From Desulfobacteraceae bacterium (lineage in GTDB: Bacteria; Desulfobacterota; Desulfobacteria; Desulfobacterales; Desulfosarcinaceae): a DNA stretch of 64,000 bases. Each line of letters begins with the position of its first letter. The first letter of the stretch is position 1. Location of the stretch: NCBI GenBank assembly GCA_050291585.1, contig JBNKKA010000002.1:11019-75018 (forward strand), read 5' to 3'. Both the position numbers and the translations under genes were made by a program. Positions 18,860-27,933 of the stretch are shown piece by piece. The notes below the pieces were generated by a model. The model did not search any database and was not told the origin of the DNA. It saw only the letters and a program-made list of their open reading frames with translations.

Positions 18860-19981
18860 TCACGCCAGCAGGTCGGCCACATGGTCGGCGATGGCCAGGC
18901 TGCTGGTCAGGCCGGGACTCTCGATGCCGATGCAGTTCACCAGGCCGGGGAGCCCTTTGTCCGACTCCTCGTTGATGACGAAGTCCCGCACCCCATCGCC
19001 CGGCTTCTGCAGCTTGGGGCGGATGCCCGCCATCTCCGGCTGCAGCCAGTCGGATTGGAGACCGGGCAAGTAGCGTGCGGCGGCCTTGAAAAAGGCCTCG
19101 CGGTGGTCGGAATCGACGCTGTAGTCCAGATCACCGTCGGGCAAATAGATAGCGTTGGGGCCGAACTTGATCCGCCCGGCCAGATCGAGGGTGGCGTGGA
19201 TGCCCAAACCGACGGTATTGGGCAGAGGCACCGGGTAGACCAGGTGGTTGATGAAGCCTGCGGGCGCCTCGCAGCTGAAGTACTCCCCCTTCCACAAGTG
19301 CAGGCGATACCCCCAGGCATCGAGGTCGATGCCCGTGGAGGCCGCCACCCGGTCGGCCCCCAGGCCGGCGCAGTTGATCACCCGGCGGGAAAAGAAACGA
19401 TCCTCCTCCCCGTCGGGATAGCGCACGACCACATCGAACCCGCCGCCATCTCGGGGGACGAGCTTCTCCACCGTGGTTTGATAGACGATCTCGCTGCCGT
19501 TCCTGCGGGCTGCTGACAAGAGGTGACGCATGAGGCGATGGCTGTCGATGATGCCCGTAGAGGGAGAGAACAAAGCCGCCTTAGCCTTGGCCTGGGGCTC
19601 CATCTGTCTGGCCCTTGCTCCTGAGATCCGCTCCAGGTCGTCGACACCATTGGCCCTGGCCTTCTCCACAATGAGGTCCAACTGCCCGGCCTCTTGGGTA
19701 TCGGTGGCCACAAGGAGTTTGCCGCATCGGCGGTAGGGGATTTTGGCCGACTGCAACCGCTGGTAAAGCATATGCCGGCCCTGGACACAGAGCCTTGCCT
19801 TGAGGGAACCGGCGGTGTAGTAAATACCGGCGTGGATCACTTCGCTGTTGCGACTGCTGGTCTCCTGGCCGAAGCTGGAATTTCGCTCGACCACGAAGAG
19901 GGGGCGCTTGTTTTCCGAGAGCCGGGCGGCCACGGCCAGGCCGACCACTCCGGCGCCGATGATGGTGGTATCGATCTGCAT
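18860..19981 (-). CDS. FAD-dependent oxidoreductase (L-2-hydroxyglutarate oxidase-like)
   Basis: TTIIGAGVVGLAVAARL dinucleotide-binding fold and SSRNSEVIHAGIYY. The ATG at 19981 with a GAGGAA Shine-Dalgarno is preferred to 20029. Confidence 0.75.
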   Translation of the reverse strand: MQIDTTIIGAGVVGLAVAARLSENKRPLFVVERNSSFGQETSSRNSEVIHAGIYYTAGSLKARLCVQGRHMLYQRLQSAKIPYRRCGKLLVATDTQEAGQLDLIVEKARANGVDDLERISGARARQMEPQAKAKAALFSPSTGIIDSHRLMRHLLSAARRNGSEIVYQTTVEKLVPRDGGGFDVVVRYPDGEEDRFFSRRVINCAGLGADRVAASTGIDLDAWGYRLHLWKGEYFSCEAPAGFINHLVYPVPLPNTVGLGIHATLDLAGRIKFGPNAIYLPDGDLDYSVDSDHREAFFKAAARYLPGLQSDWLQPEMAGIRPKLQKPGDGVRDFVINEESDKGLPGLVNCIGIESPGLTSSLAIADHVADLLA

Positions 19982-20051
19982 CGGTTCCTCATCTTTAATT
20001 AACGATTTATCGAATAGTCCAACTACCAATGATAGCGGAGGAGATCAAGGC

Positions 20052-20411
20052 ATGCCCACAATCGAAGACGCCCCCCTGACCCTCAACACCCTCCAGGAGA
20101 CCGTTGACCAATGGGTGCGGACTTACGGGGTGCGCTATTTTTCGGAGCTGACCAATACGGCCGTCCTCATGGAGGAGGTGGGTGAGTTGGCCCGCCTAAT
20201 GGCTCGGCACTTCGGCGACCAGAGCTTCAAACGCGCCCAAACGCCCACCGACACGACCGCAAGCCTGGGGGACGAGATGGCCGACATCCTCTTCGTCCTG
20301 GTCTGCTTGGCCAACCAGACCGGGGTGGACCTACAAACCGCCATGCGACGCAACCTCGCCAAAAAGACCGCCCGTGACAAAGAGCGCCACCGCAACAACC
20401 CCAAGCTGTAA
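20052..20411 (+). CDS. MazG-like nucleotide pyrophosphohydrolase domain protein
   Basis: LMEEVGELAR ... LGDEMADILFVLVCLAN (EExxE/D pattern). GGAGGAG Shine-Dalgarno before the ATG at 20052. The upstream part of the ORF-track entry overlaps the convergent gene and was discarded. Confidence 0.7.
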   Translation: MPTIEDAPLTLNTLQETVDQWVRTYGVRYFSELTNTAVLMEEVGELARLMARHFGDQSFKRAQTPTDTTASLGDEMADILFVLVCLANQTGVDLQTAMRRNLAKKTARDKERHRNNPKL

Positions 20412-20419
20412 ACTAGCGT

Positions 20420-21781
20420 TCAGGCGCTCTGCCCGGAGCTGACCCCCACCGCGTCCTTGCCGCGCGCCTTGATGTGAAACATGGCCTTGTCCGCCAGGGC
20501 CAGAAGTCCCACGCGGTCCTCGGCATCTTCGGGGTAAGTGGCGATGCCGAAGCTGGCAGACAAACCCACCTGCAACCCTTGACGTTCAAGGTAGACCGTC
20601 GCTTTCATACGCTGACGGATTGCCTCCACCTGTTCAAGGGCGCCGGCCTTGCCGATGCGCGGCAACACCAAAACGAATTCATCGCCCCCATAGGCCACCC
20701 CGAAGGCCGGGTCGCGCAGTTCCGCCTTGAGGGTGGCCGCCACCTCTTTGAGGGCCAGGCTGCCATTGAGGTGACCGTAGGTGTCCACCACGGTCTTGAA
20801 GTTGTCCATGTCGAGGAAAACCAGAGAGAAGGGTTCGCCACGGGCTTTGCTGTCCTGGATCAACTGGTCGAGCACCTTGTAGAGATAACGGGTGTTGAAC
20901 AGGTCGGTGAGGCTGTCGTGGTTTGCCAAGTAACGAAAACGCTCCCGACTGCGGCGCACTTGCTCCTCAGCTATGCGCTTGTCGGTGTTGTCCACCAGAA
21001 TCCCTTCGATGAAGGGCACCCCATGGCGGTCAGCGGCCAGGCGGGCGTTTACCAGGGCCCACACCGGCTTGCCGTCCCGGTTACGCAGCTCCAACTCATA
21101 GTTGGTAAGCACTTTGCGCTTTTTCAGATCGGCCACCATGCGCTGGCGGTCAGCGAGGTTGGCATAGAGGGTCTTGGCGCCGCCGGGTTGCCCGAGGAGC
21201 TCGCTCTGGTCATAGCCGAATGTGCGCGCAAAGGCTGGGTTGACTCGCAGCAGACGGCCATCGAGACTGCTCTGGTACATCCCCTGGGCGGCGTTCTCGT
21301 ACATGCCGCGGTAACTCGCCTCGGCCCGCTTGAGATCCTCCTGGGCCTGTTTGAGTTCCGTCAGATCGGTGAGAAAGACCAGATAGCCGCTGGGCTCCCC
21401 TTCGCCATCGGAGAGGATGCTGCGTTTGAACAGCAGGGACATCTGGTCGCCCTTGCTGGTGTCGAAAAGCGCTTCAAAACTCAAGTGGGCCTTGGAGGCG
21501 AAGTGGATGTAAACACTCTCCTTATGATAGAGCTCCTCCACAAGGCGCCCCAGCAGGGTTTTGCTATCGTAGCCCAAAAGCCCCTCCAGGGCGGTGTTGG
21601 TGCCGACGATGCGATGATCCAGATCTAACTGCAGGAAACCTTCCGAGGTGGCGTCGATGACGCGTCGGTACTTGGCAAGACTCTCCTGAATCTTGTCGCG
21701 ACACTGCTGTCGCAGGGATTCCAGGGCCGCTTCTAATTCTTGGATGCGGGTGGCGGGATCGCTGGGAGTGGGCTTCTCCAT
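20420..21781 (-). CDS. PAS-domain diguanylate cyclase (GGDEF)
   Basis: The C-terminal domain has FLDMDNFKTVVDTYGH and AYGGDEFVLVLP. The N-terminal half is PAS-like repeats. Confidence 0.85.
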   Translation of the reverse strand: MEKPTPSDPATRIQELEAALESLRQQCRDKIQESLAKYRRVIDATSEGFLQLDLDHRIVGTNTALEGLLGYDSKTLLGRLVEELYHKESVYIHFASKAHLSFEALFDTSKGDQMSLLFKRSILSDGEGEPSGYLVFLTDLTELKQAQEDLKRAEASYRGMYENAAQGMYQSSLDGRLLRVNPAFARTFGYDQSELLGQPGGAKTLYANLADRQRMVADLKKRKVLTNYELELRNRDGKPVWALVNARLAADRHGVPFIEGILVDNTDKRIAEEQVRRSRERFRYLANHDSLTDLFNTRYLYKVLDQLIQDSKARGEPFSLVFLDMDNFKTVVDTYGHLNGSLALKEVAATLKAELRDPAFGVAYGGDEFVLVLPRIGKAGALEQVEAIRQRMKATVYLERQGLQVGLSASFGIATYPEDAEDRVGLLALADKAMFHIKARGKDAVGVSSGQSA

Positions 21782-22096
21782 AAGAGTTTTCCTTTAGGCC
21801 CTTGTGGTCGCAATCTTTCGATCGACGCTGCGGTAAATGGTTTCAGGTCTTTAAAATAGCGCTAACATCTGGTCTTTTTTATAATAACGCCCAACCCGCC
21901 GATTAACAAGTGCCCGGGTGGAAGATATCGCGGCCTATCCTTCTGGAATGCAAAACAGTTTTCAATCGCGCGCCAGCGTGCTACCGTCGGCGGTGCTAGC
22001 GGCGGCGTGCCCGCCCAAGCGCAAAAGGCCAGACGCAACTCTACCGCTCTTGACTGCCAACCCCATAGAGATGGGCAAAAAAAGAGAAGGGCATCG

Positions 22097-22603
22097 ATGC
22101 AACCCAACCTGCGTATGATTTTCCAAAGCCACCTGGAGCAGCTCAACCACCTCATGGGAGTGGCCAGAGCCTACCTCAAACCATTTGACCTGGGAAGCAA
22201 AGCGCGCTTCGCCGTGGAGCTCATCCTCGAAGAGGCCGTGACCAACGTCATCAACCATGGTTTCGAAGAAACCTCAGTGGGAGAGGCCTCTGCCGAGGAA
22301 GCCTCTACCGAAGGCAGCTCTTTTAGAGAAACCCATTTGATAGCGGTGAATCTGGCCATCATCGGAGATGAGATCCATCTGCAGGTGGCGGACGAGGGGC
22401 GCCCCTTCAACCCCCTCTCCGTGCCCCGCCTGGACGTGAGCCAGCCCTTCATGGAACGCCTTGAGGGCGGACTGGGCATCCACCTGGTGCGTCAGATGAT
22501 GAACTCCATGGCCTATCGGCGCGAGGGAGAACGCAACATCTTCGAAATCTGGATCCGTGACCGCGATGGCAACGAAACCGACGATGGGAGCGAGAGCGTG
22601 TAA
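22097..22603 (+). CDS. ATP-binding anti-sigma regulatory factor-like protein (RsbW/SpoIIAB-type HATPase)
   Basis: ELILEEAVTNVINHG (N-box) and GGLGIHLVRQMM (G-box). No STAS or sigma gene lies adjacent. Confidence 0.6.
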   Translation: MQPNLRMIFQSHLEQLNHLMGVARAYLKPFDLGSKARFAVELILEEAVTNVINHGFEETSVGEASAEEASTEGSSFRETHLIAVNLAIIGDEIHLQVADEGRPFNPLSVPRLDVSQPFMERLEGGLGIHLVRQMMNSMAYRREGERNIFEIWIRDRDGNETDDGSESV

Positions 22604-22719
22604 CCACCTTGACGATTAGGGCTCAATAAGCAATAGTACGGCGCACTGAAAATAGTTAATAGATCGGGTGGGGTGGTCGACAAGGGTCGCAAACCTGCCA
22701 TAGTCATCCAGGAGGACCC

Positions 22720-22929
22720 ATGCCTATTTACGAGTACCAATGTGAATCCTGTGAATGCCAGTTTGAAACCCTGGTTTTCGGCAGCGACGAGTCAGACGTC
22801 ACCTGTCCGAGCTGCTGCGGCACCACGGTCAAGAAGCTCATCTCGGCCGGCGCCATCCGGCCCCAGGGCATCCCCAGCGGCGGGGGCGGTTTCAAGGCCC
22901 CGGCCTGCAAGCCAAGCGCTGGTGGTTGA
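22720..22929 (+). CDS. FmdB-family putative regulatory zinc-ribbon protein
   Basis: MPIYEYQCESCECQFE...VTCPSCCG is the typical CxxC...CxxC N-terminus of this family. Confidence 0.8.
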   Translation: MPIYEYQCESCECQFETLVFGSDESDVTCPSCCGTTVKKLISAGAIRPQGIPSGGGGFKAPACKPSAGG

Positions 22930-23003
22930 GGGATTTAGACGACGCCCCCCGGCGGGGGGCAGAAAAAGTGGAGCGGCAACGCAATAGTGTCGGCCGCAAG
23001 CTC

Positions 23004-23039
23004 AAAAGGGGGTGGAGACATTTGTCTCCACCCCCTTTT
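23004..23039. terminator. Bidirectional intrinsic terminator between convergent genes
   Basis: AAAAGGGGGTGGAGACA-TT-TGTCTCCACCCCCTTTT. The stem is perfect and is flanked by an A-tract and a T-tract. Confidence 0.8.
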
Positions 23040-23122
23040 GGCGTTTGGAAGTGTCAATTCATCATTTTTTCAGGTAGTCCCTGCTAACTATATTCGGGTA
23101 CAGGGAGGGAGAACGCACCGCC

Positions 23123-26002
23123 CTATTCGGTCCTGAGGACCAATTGGTGCACATGGGCCTCGGTCCCCGTGCTGAAGCTGATGTATTCGGTGGCTACGCC
23201 AAAGACGTTTAAGTGCAAGCCGATGGAAAAACTGCTTCCCGGCGACGCATTGATGTCGGAAAGAGCGCTTGACGGCAGGGAGATCTCCAGGATCTGCCCC
23301 ACATCACCCGGGCCCACCTGGGTCCGTACATAACGCGTGCCGCCCCCCAGATCATTAAAGATGCCGGTCTCACCCGAGCCAGTTTGCTCTAGAGTCGTGG
23401 CATTCGTGGAGACATCATAAAGGTCCAGATCGTCAGATGTCAGTGTGCTAGTGTAGTTGGCGACCTCCAGACGCAGGACTGCCGCCACAACCGTATCACT
23501 GACGCTGTTCAACGCGAAAGTGAAATAGGAGCGATGCCGGGAACTGCCCAAGAGTCCGGTTGGGGTGCTGTCGTCATCCTGGTCATGATTACCGTCTTGA
23601 TCATAGTGGCCCTGCTGGGCGGCATCCAGGACGGGATTCGGCCGGTCAGGGTCCAGATCAAAACGATATTCGAACGCATTGGTGACCCCGTCGCCATCCA
23701 AATCAGCAGCCCCATCATCAGCGTCGGCATCCAGCCCGTTAGTGTTTTCCCAATAGTCCGGCATCCCATCGGCGTCGCCATCGACGAACTCATCGGCCCC
23801 CATATCGCCGCCGAATCCCTGGGGCCGGGTTTCGCCGTCGATGTCGGTCTCCGGCGCCGAGGCATCGTCCCCCCGGTCGACGCAGGGCGACCCCGGCCGC
23901 AGGTGGCCCTGGGCGTCCAGGAGGGGATCTGCGTCGATGTTGCCGTCTGTCCCGGCCACACCGAACATGTCGGTATTGCTGTACTCGATGCTGGTCAGCG
24001 AAATGGCATCATCGTGAATGGCCACCCCCTGATCGGCCACGTTACCCCAGATGATGGAGTTGACGATGGTGAGCCTGCTGTCGTGGTTGTAAATGGCGCC
24101 GCCGACGGCGGAGGCGCTCCCGGTACCGACGGCCCGATTTGCGAAAAAAGTGCAGTTGGTGATGAAGGGGTCGCTGCCATTGTTGTAGATGGCACCACCG
24201 TACCCGGACGAATTGTGCCAGGCTTCGTTACCAAGGAAGATGGTGTTGGTGAGGGTGAGGGTGGCAGAGGCGTTGTATATCGCACCACCCCTGGCCATGC
24301 TGAGGCCCTCGGCAAGATTGCCCTGAAAATAAGAATCACTGATGGTCTGGATACCGCCGCCGAGGTAGATCGCCCCGCCCAGACCGCTGCTGCTCAGTCC
24401 TGCGTAGTTGTCGACAAACCGGCAGGCTGTGATCGTCGCATTCCCGCTACTGATATAGATCGCGCCGCCACCCGATCCATCCCCAGGGGCACGGTTATTG
24501 ATGAAAATAGTGTTGCTGATGGAGGGAAACCCACCATTGTTAAAAATCGCACCGCCTTCGGAGGGCTGGGCGGTATTGGAGGTGAGGTTGTTCTCGAAGT
24601 GGCAATTCGCGATGACGGGGGAACCGCCCTCATTGTAAATGGCGCCCCCCTGCCCACTGACACCCGGAATATCCAGAGCGTTGTTGGAAATGGCGCAGTT
24701 GATCAGGTGGGGGGCGGCGTTGTCGATGTAGATCCCACCCCCTTGGCCGTTGATGCTGGCGATGTGGCGGCCGTTCTGGATCGAGAGTCCATCGATGATG
24801 GCATCGGCGCTGATGAAAAGGCAGCGCGTATTATGGTCGCCGTCGATGATGGTCGTGTTGGCCGCTGGATCATGGGCATCGAGAAGTTCCTCGTCACCCC
24901 GAAACCCGCCGTAGATGGTTACCGCCTTGTTGACGCTGACCTGATTTGAGAGGGTGTAGGTGCCGCCCTTCATCCAGATGTCGCCGCTGTCGGACGAGGC
25001 ATTGATGGCCGCCTGGAGGTTGTTGAAAGCCTGGACCCATGAGCTGCCGTCACCGCCGGCCGACGCACCGGCGTTCACAAAAACAACAGGGGAAAACACG
25101 GCCTGGATAGTGGTGTCAGCGCTGATGTTGGCAATCATGTAGGGATTCTGAGGCGCCACGGCTGACCCATTGATCAGCACAGAGGAGAGATAGAACCCCG
25201 GATCGGCCGTTAGGGTGAATGCGGGCGAGTCACCAAGGTTGACGGTCTGGGTTCCCGAGGGATCGATGCTGCCGCCCGTACCGGCGGAGGCGATAACGGT
25301 GAAAGTGGGGGGCGCGAAGGTGGCCTGGATGGTATGGGCCCCCGCCACATCGGCAAAGGTGTAGGTTGCTACCACCCCGGCGGAAGCACCGTCCACAACG
25401 ACGTCCAGAATCTGGAAGTTGGTATCAGGGGTGATAGTAAAGGTTTGCGAGCCACCGGGATCCAAGCCGATGGTACCGCTGGGTTCGATGGAGCCGCCGC
25501 TGCCGGCTGACGCAACAATCGCGTATTGGCCTACCCGGATCATCTCTACGACGCCGACGTTGGTTGTCTGATCGACCGTAACGGTAATATCGGAGATCTC
25601 ACCGCGCCACTCGGCGGTACCGCCGATGAGCCCTTCGACCACAACCTGGTACCCGGATCCCGTCTCTATCTGGTCGATCACTCCGTGATGGTTTTCGATG
25701 TCGCATGGCCAGTTGCCTTCACCCTGGGTAGTTCCACCCGAGTCGATCACCATCGCCCGGATCGCTTCGATCCCATATGTAGTGCAAATGTCGATATCAC
25801 CTGCCGCCCGGGAGTGGTCACTATCGGATCCTGGGGTCATAAAAACGACTTTGAAGACGACACTGCCGGTGCTTCCCTGGCGAGTATCGCCACCACAAGC
25901 GGCCAGAATAAAGAGCCACAGCAGCACAATAAGAATAAGGTAACGATTCCACGCCAGCCGATTCGCACGATGGGCATTCATATCTCTCACTTTCATTCCC
26001 AT
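23123..26002 (-). CDS. Large secreted lipoprotein with tandem Ig-like (InlB-B-repeat-like) domains, a right-handed beta-helix with GGAIY repeats, Asp-rich Ca-binding (thrombospondin-type-3-like) repeats and a C-terminal beta-sandwich-like domain
   Basis: Lipobox LAAC at the N-terminus. Two roughly 75-aa repeats (SGGSIEPSGT..., TGGSIDPSGT...). At least 8 GGAIY/GGAIF motifs. DGDADGMPDYWE and DLDGDGVTNAFEY motifs. Confidence 0.75.
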   Translation of the reverse strand: MGMKVRDMNAHRANRLAWNRYLILIVLLWLFILAACGGDTRQGSTGSVVFKVVFMTPGSDSDHSRAAGDIDICTTYGIEAIRAMVIDSGGTTQGEGNWPCDIENHHGVIDQIETGSGYQVVVEGLIGGTAEWRGEISDITVTVDQTTNVGVVEMIRVGQYAIVASAGSGGSIEPSGTIGLDPGGSQTFTITPDTNFQILDVVVDGASAGVVATYTFADVAGAHTIQATFAPPTFTVIASAGTGGSIDPSGTQTVNLGDSPAFTLTADPGFYLSSVLINGSAVAPQNPYMIANISADTTIQAVFSPVVFVNAGASAGGDGSSWVQAFNNLQAAINASSDSGDIWMKGGTYTLSNQVSVNKAVTIYGGFRGDEELLDAHDPAANTTIIDGDHNTRCLFISADAIIDGLSIQNGRHIASINGQGGGIYIDNAAPHLINCAISNNALDIPGVSGQGGAIYNEGGSPVIANCHFENNLTSNTAQPSEGGAIFNNGGFPSISNTIFINNRAPGDGSGGGAIYISSGNATITACRFVDNYAGLSSSGLGGAIYLGGGIQTISDSYFQGNLAEGLSMARGGAIYNASATLTLTNTIFLGNEAWHNSSGYGGAIYNNGSDPFITNCTFFANRAVGTGSASAVGGAIYNHDSRLTIVNSIIWGNVADQGVAIHDDAISLTSIEYSNTDMFGVAGTDGNIDADPLLDAQGHLRPGSPCVDRGDDASAPETDIDGETRPQGFGGDMGADEFVDGDADGMPDYWENTNGLDADADDGAADLDGDGVTNAFEYRFDLDPDRPNPVLDAAQQGHYDQDGNHDQDDDSTPTGLLGSSRHRSYFTFALNSVSDTVVAAVLRLEVANYTSTLTSDDLDLYDVSTNATTLEQTGSGETGIFNDLGGGTRYVRTQVGPGDVGQILEISLPSSALSDINASPGSSFSIGLHLNVFGVATEYISFSTGTEAHVHQLVLRTE

Positions 26003-26141
26003 CTGTCAGTTTCTGAAACAATCCCGGTTACATGATGAGGCCTGGTCGATGGGGAGACCAATGTTATTGCGATTGCATGCTCGGTTGCCAGACCACAATA
26101 GAAAAAAACGGATCCGGCGACACCACGACGCTTTGAGCCGC

Positions 26142-27092
26142 TCAGGCCGCTACCGGCGGCATGCGGGTGGGGAAGGAACGCGCCCGCTGGATATCGACGA
26201 CCGATCCTTCGAAGGGTCCCTGGCGGCCCAGTTTGCAGGTGGCCATGGCGGCGCCGAAGTCGCCTGCAGCACCCGGGCTGCGTCCCGCCAGGCGTTGCAA
26301 GAGGTAGCCGGCCATGTAGGTATCCCCGCAGCCGGTGGGGTCGACCTCCGCTTCAGGCAGGAAGGCCGGAATTCGCTCCAGCCGTCCCTGGTGGAGAACC
26401 AACGAACCACGCCGCCCCAGGGTGACGATCACCTCGGGAACCCCCCAGTCAGCGATGCGCCGGGCGGCTAGAGCCATGTCGCTGGTGCCCGTCAGCAGGC
26501 GGGCTTCATCTTCGCTGGCCTTGAGGGCCGTTACCGCCGGCAGAAAATCCTGTTTGGCCGGCCAGTCGCGCACGATGATGCGCGTGTCCACAACATGCCG
26601 CAGAAGGCCCTGGACATCCAGGGACACCTGTCCCCGCCGGGCCAGGGCCGGAATCAGGTCGAGTTCGATATCCCCCGCCGTGAGGGGACCCAGGTGAAAC
26701 CAGCGCGCCGCCACCCCGCCCAGATCGGCCCGAGTCAAGGATTCGGCCAAAGCGGTGACCGATTGCTCGCGGTGGTCGGGGCGCGTGTCCTTATAGCGGT
26801 TGACAAAACTGGTGGTGACGGCACTGGGCCCGACGTGCAGGGCGACCCCCTTTTCGCGAAGGGTCGCCAGGGCAAGGGCATCGAACGCATCGCCCGCCGC
26901 TCGGGTATAGGCGGCTATACGCAGGGCCTTGAACCCGCCCAGGGCCATGGCGGTGTAGTAAAAGGTCCCTCCCGGCAGGTTGGTGCTGCACCCCGGGGCT
27001 TCCACCCGGTCGCGGGTCAGGTGGCCGACCACGCAGACATCGCAGGGGTGCGCTAAACCAGAATCCAGGCCTTTTGGGGGATGTTCGATCAT
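26142..27092 (-). CDS. PfkB-family carbohydrate/nucleoside kinase
   Basis: DPTGCGDTYMAGYL matches the PfkB signature 2 (DTxGAGD-like). The ATG at 27092 lies 5 nt after the stop of the upstream J-domain gene. Confidence 0.75.
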   Translation of the reverse strand: MIEHPPKGLDSGLAHPCDVCVVGHLTRDRVEAPGCSTNLPGGTFYYTAMALGGFKALRIAAYTRAAGDAFDALALATLREKGVALHVGPSAVTTSFVNRYKDTRPDHREQSVTALAESLTRADLGGVAARWFHLGPLTAGDIELDLIPALARRGQVSLDVQGLLRHVVDTRIIVRDWPAKQDFLPAVTALKASEDEARLLTGTSDMALAARRIADWGVPEVIVTLGRRGSLVLHQGRLERIPAFLPEAEVDPTGCGDTYMAGYLLQRLAGRSPGAAGDFGAAMATCKLGRQGPFEGSVVDIQRARSFPTRMPPVAA

Positions 27093-27097
27093 GGTTC

Positions 27098-27919
27098 TCA
27101 ACGCTTGGGCGGGGTTCGCAGGGCGGGTTTGGGCTGGATCCAGCGTTGGACATAGCCGTCGTAAAACCACTTGTCGGGAAACCCGCTGCGGCGCACGAAG
27201 GTGGGGTTGCGGGCCCAGTCGATCAGTTTCTCGTAGGCCTCCTGAATCTTGCGGAAGGCGGCCGGTTTGCCCCCCAGGTCGGGGTGATGGCGTTTTACCT
27301 GCTCGCGGTAGGCGCTCTTGATGTGGCGCTCCAGGGTGGCCGGGTCGGTGTCCTTTTGATCGAACTTGAGGGACATCATGGCGGCCCCCTTCACCGAGGG
27401 CAGCGTCGATTCATAGGGGATCACGCCATGGGTATCGGCGTCGGCGGGAGCAGCCATTGCCAGCACGCTCTGGCTGGCGCGGTAGCGTTTTTTGGTGCGT
27501 CCCTGCTCCGCCCACCAGGCTTTGCCCAGGGCCTCCGAAAGGGCGCAAAAATCCCCCACGGGCAGACGCTCCGGGGAGCGCGGGAGCATAAAGCTGTAGA
27601 TCGAATCCTCCCCATGGGGGAGTACGTCCATGACTACCATGTATTCGCTGAAGTAGAAGGTGGCGTAGCGGATATTGAGGGCCTTGAGCAGTCCCGAACG
27701 GCGGTTGAGAGCGGCCAAGAGGCGCTGCCGGCAGGCAAGCGAACAATAACGCTTGCGAGCCATGTTTGCCGTGGTGCCGCAGGAGAGGCAGCGCCGCTGG
27801 GCGGGCTTGTGCCTGGCCGGCAGTTGTGTGTGGGTGGAAGCGGTCATGGGGAGCACTATACCAGGATTCCCCCGGGAGGTGAATACCTGACGCCCGAACA
27901 CACCGCGGCCGCCGGCCAT
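27098..27919 (-). CDS. J-domain (DnaJ-like) protein with an N-terminal Cys4 zinc-ribbon-like motif
   Basis: C-terminal region has YREQVKRHHPDLGG..FRKIQEAYEKL (HPD motif). N-terminal region has CLSCG...CSLAC. An alternative start is the ATG at 27847. Confidence 0.65.
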   Translation of the reverse strand: MAGGRGVFGRQVFTSRGNPGIVLPMTASTHTQLPARHKPAQRRCLSCGTTANMARKRYCSLACRQRLLAALNRRSGLLKALNIRYATFYFSEYMVVMDVLPHGEDSIYSFMLPRSPERLPVGDFCALSEALGKAWWAEQGRTKKRYRASQSVLAMAAPADADTHGVIPYESTLPSVKGAAMMSLKFDQKDTDPATLERHIKSAYREQVKRHHPDLGGKPAAFRKIQEAYEKLIDWARNPTFVRRSGFPDKWFYDGYVQRWIQPKPALRTPPKR

Positions 27920-27933
27920 CAGCTGTCAACCGA

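Noticed and set aside
22930-22975. GCCCCCC-GGC-GGGGGGC hairpin after the FmdB gene, as a terminator
   Set aside because: It has a 3-nt loop and is followed by an A-run rather than a T-run on the coding strand. The perfect bidirectional terminator at 23004-23039 explains termination better.
23534-24949. 471-aa plus-strand ORF inside the beta-helix lipoprotein gene
   Set aside because: It is the antisense of a repeat-rich gene whose minus-strand product has a lipobox, Ig-like repeats and GGAIY turns. The plus-strand product has no features.
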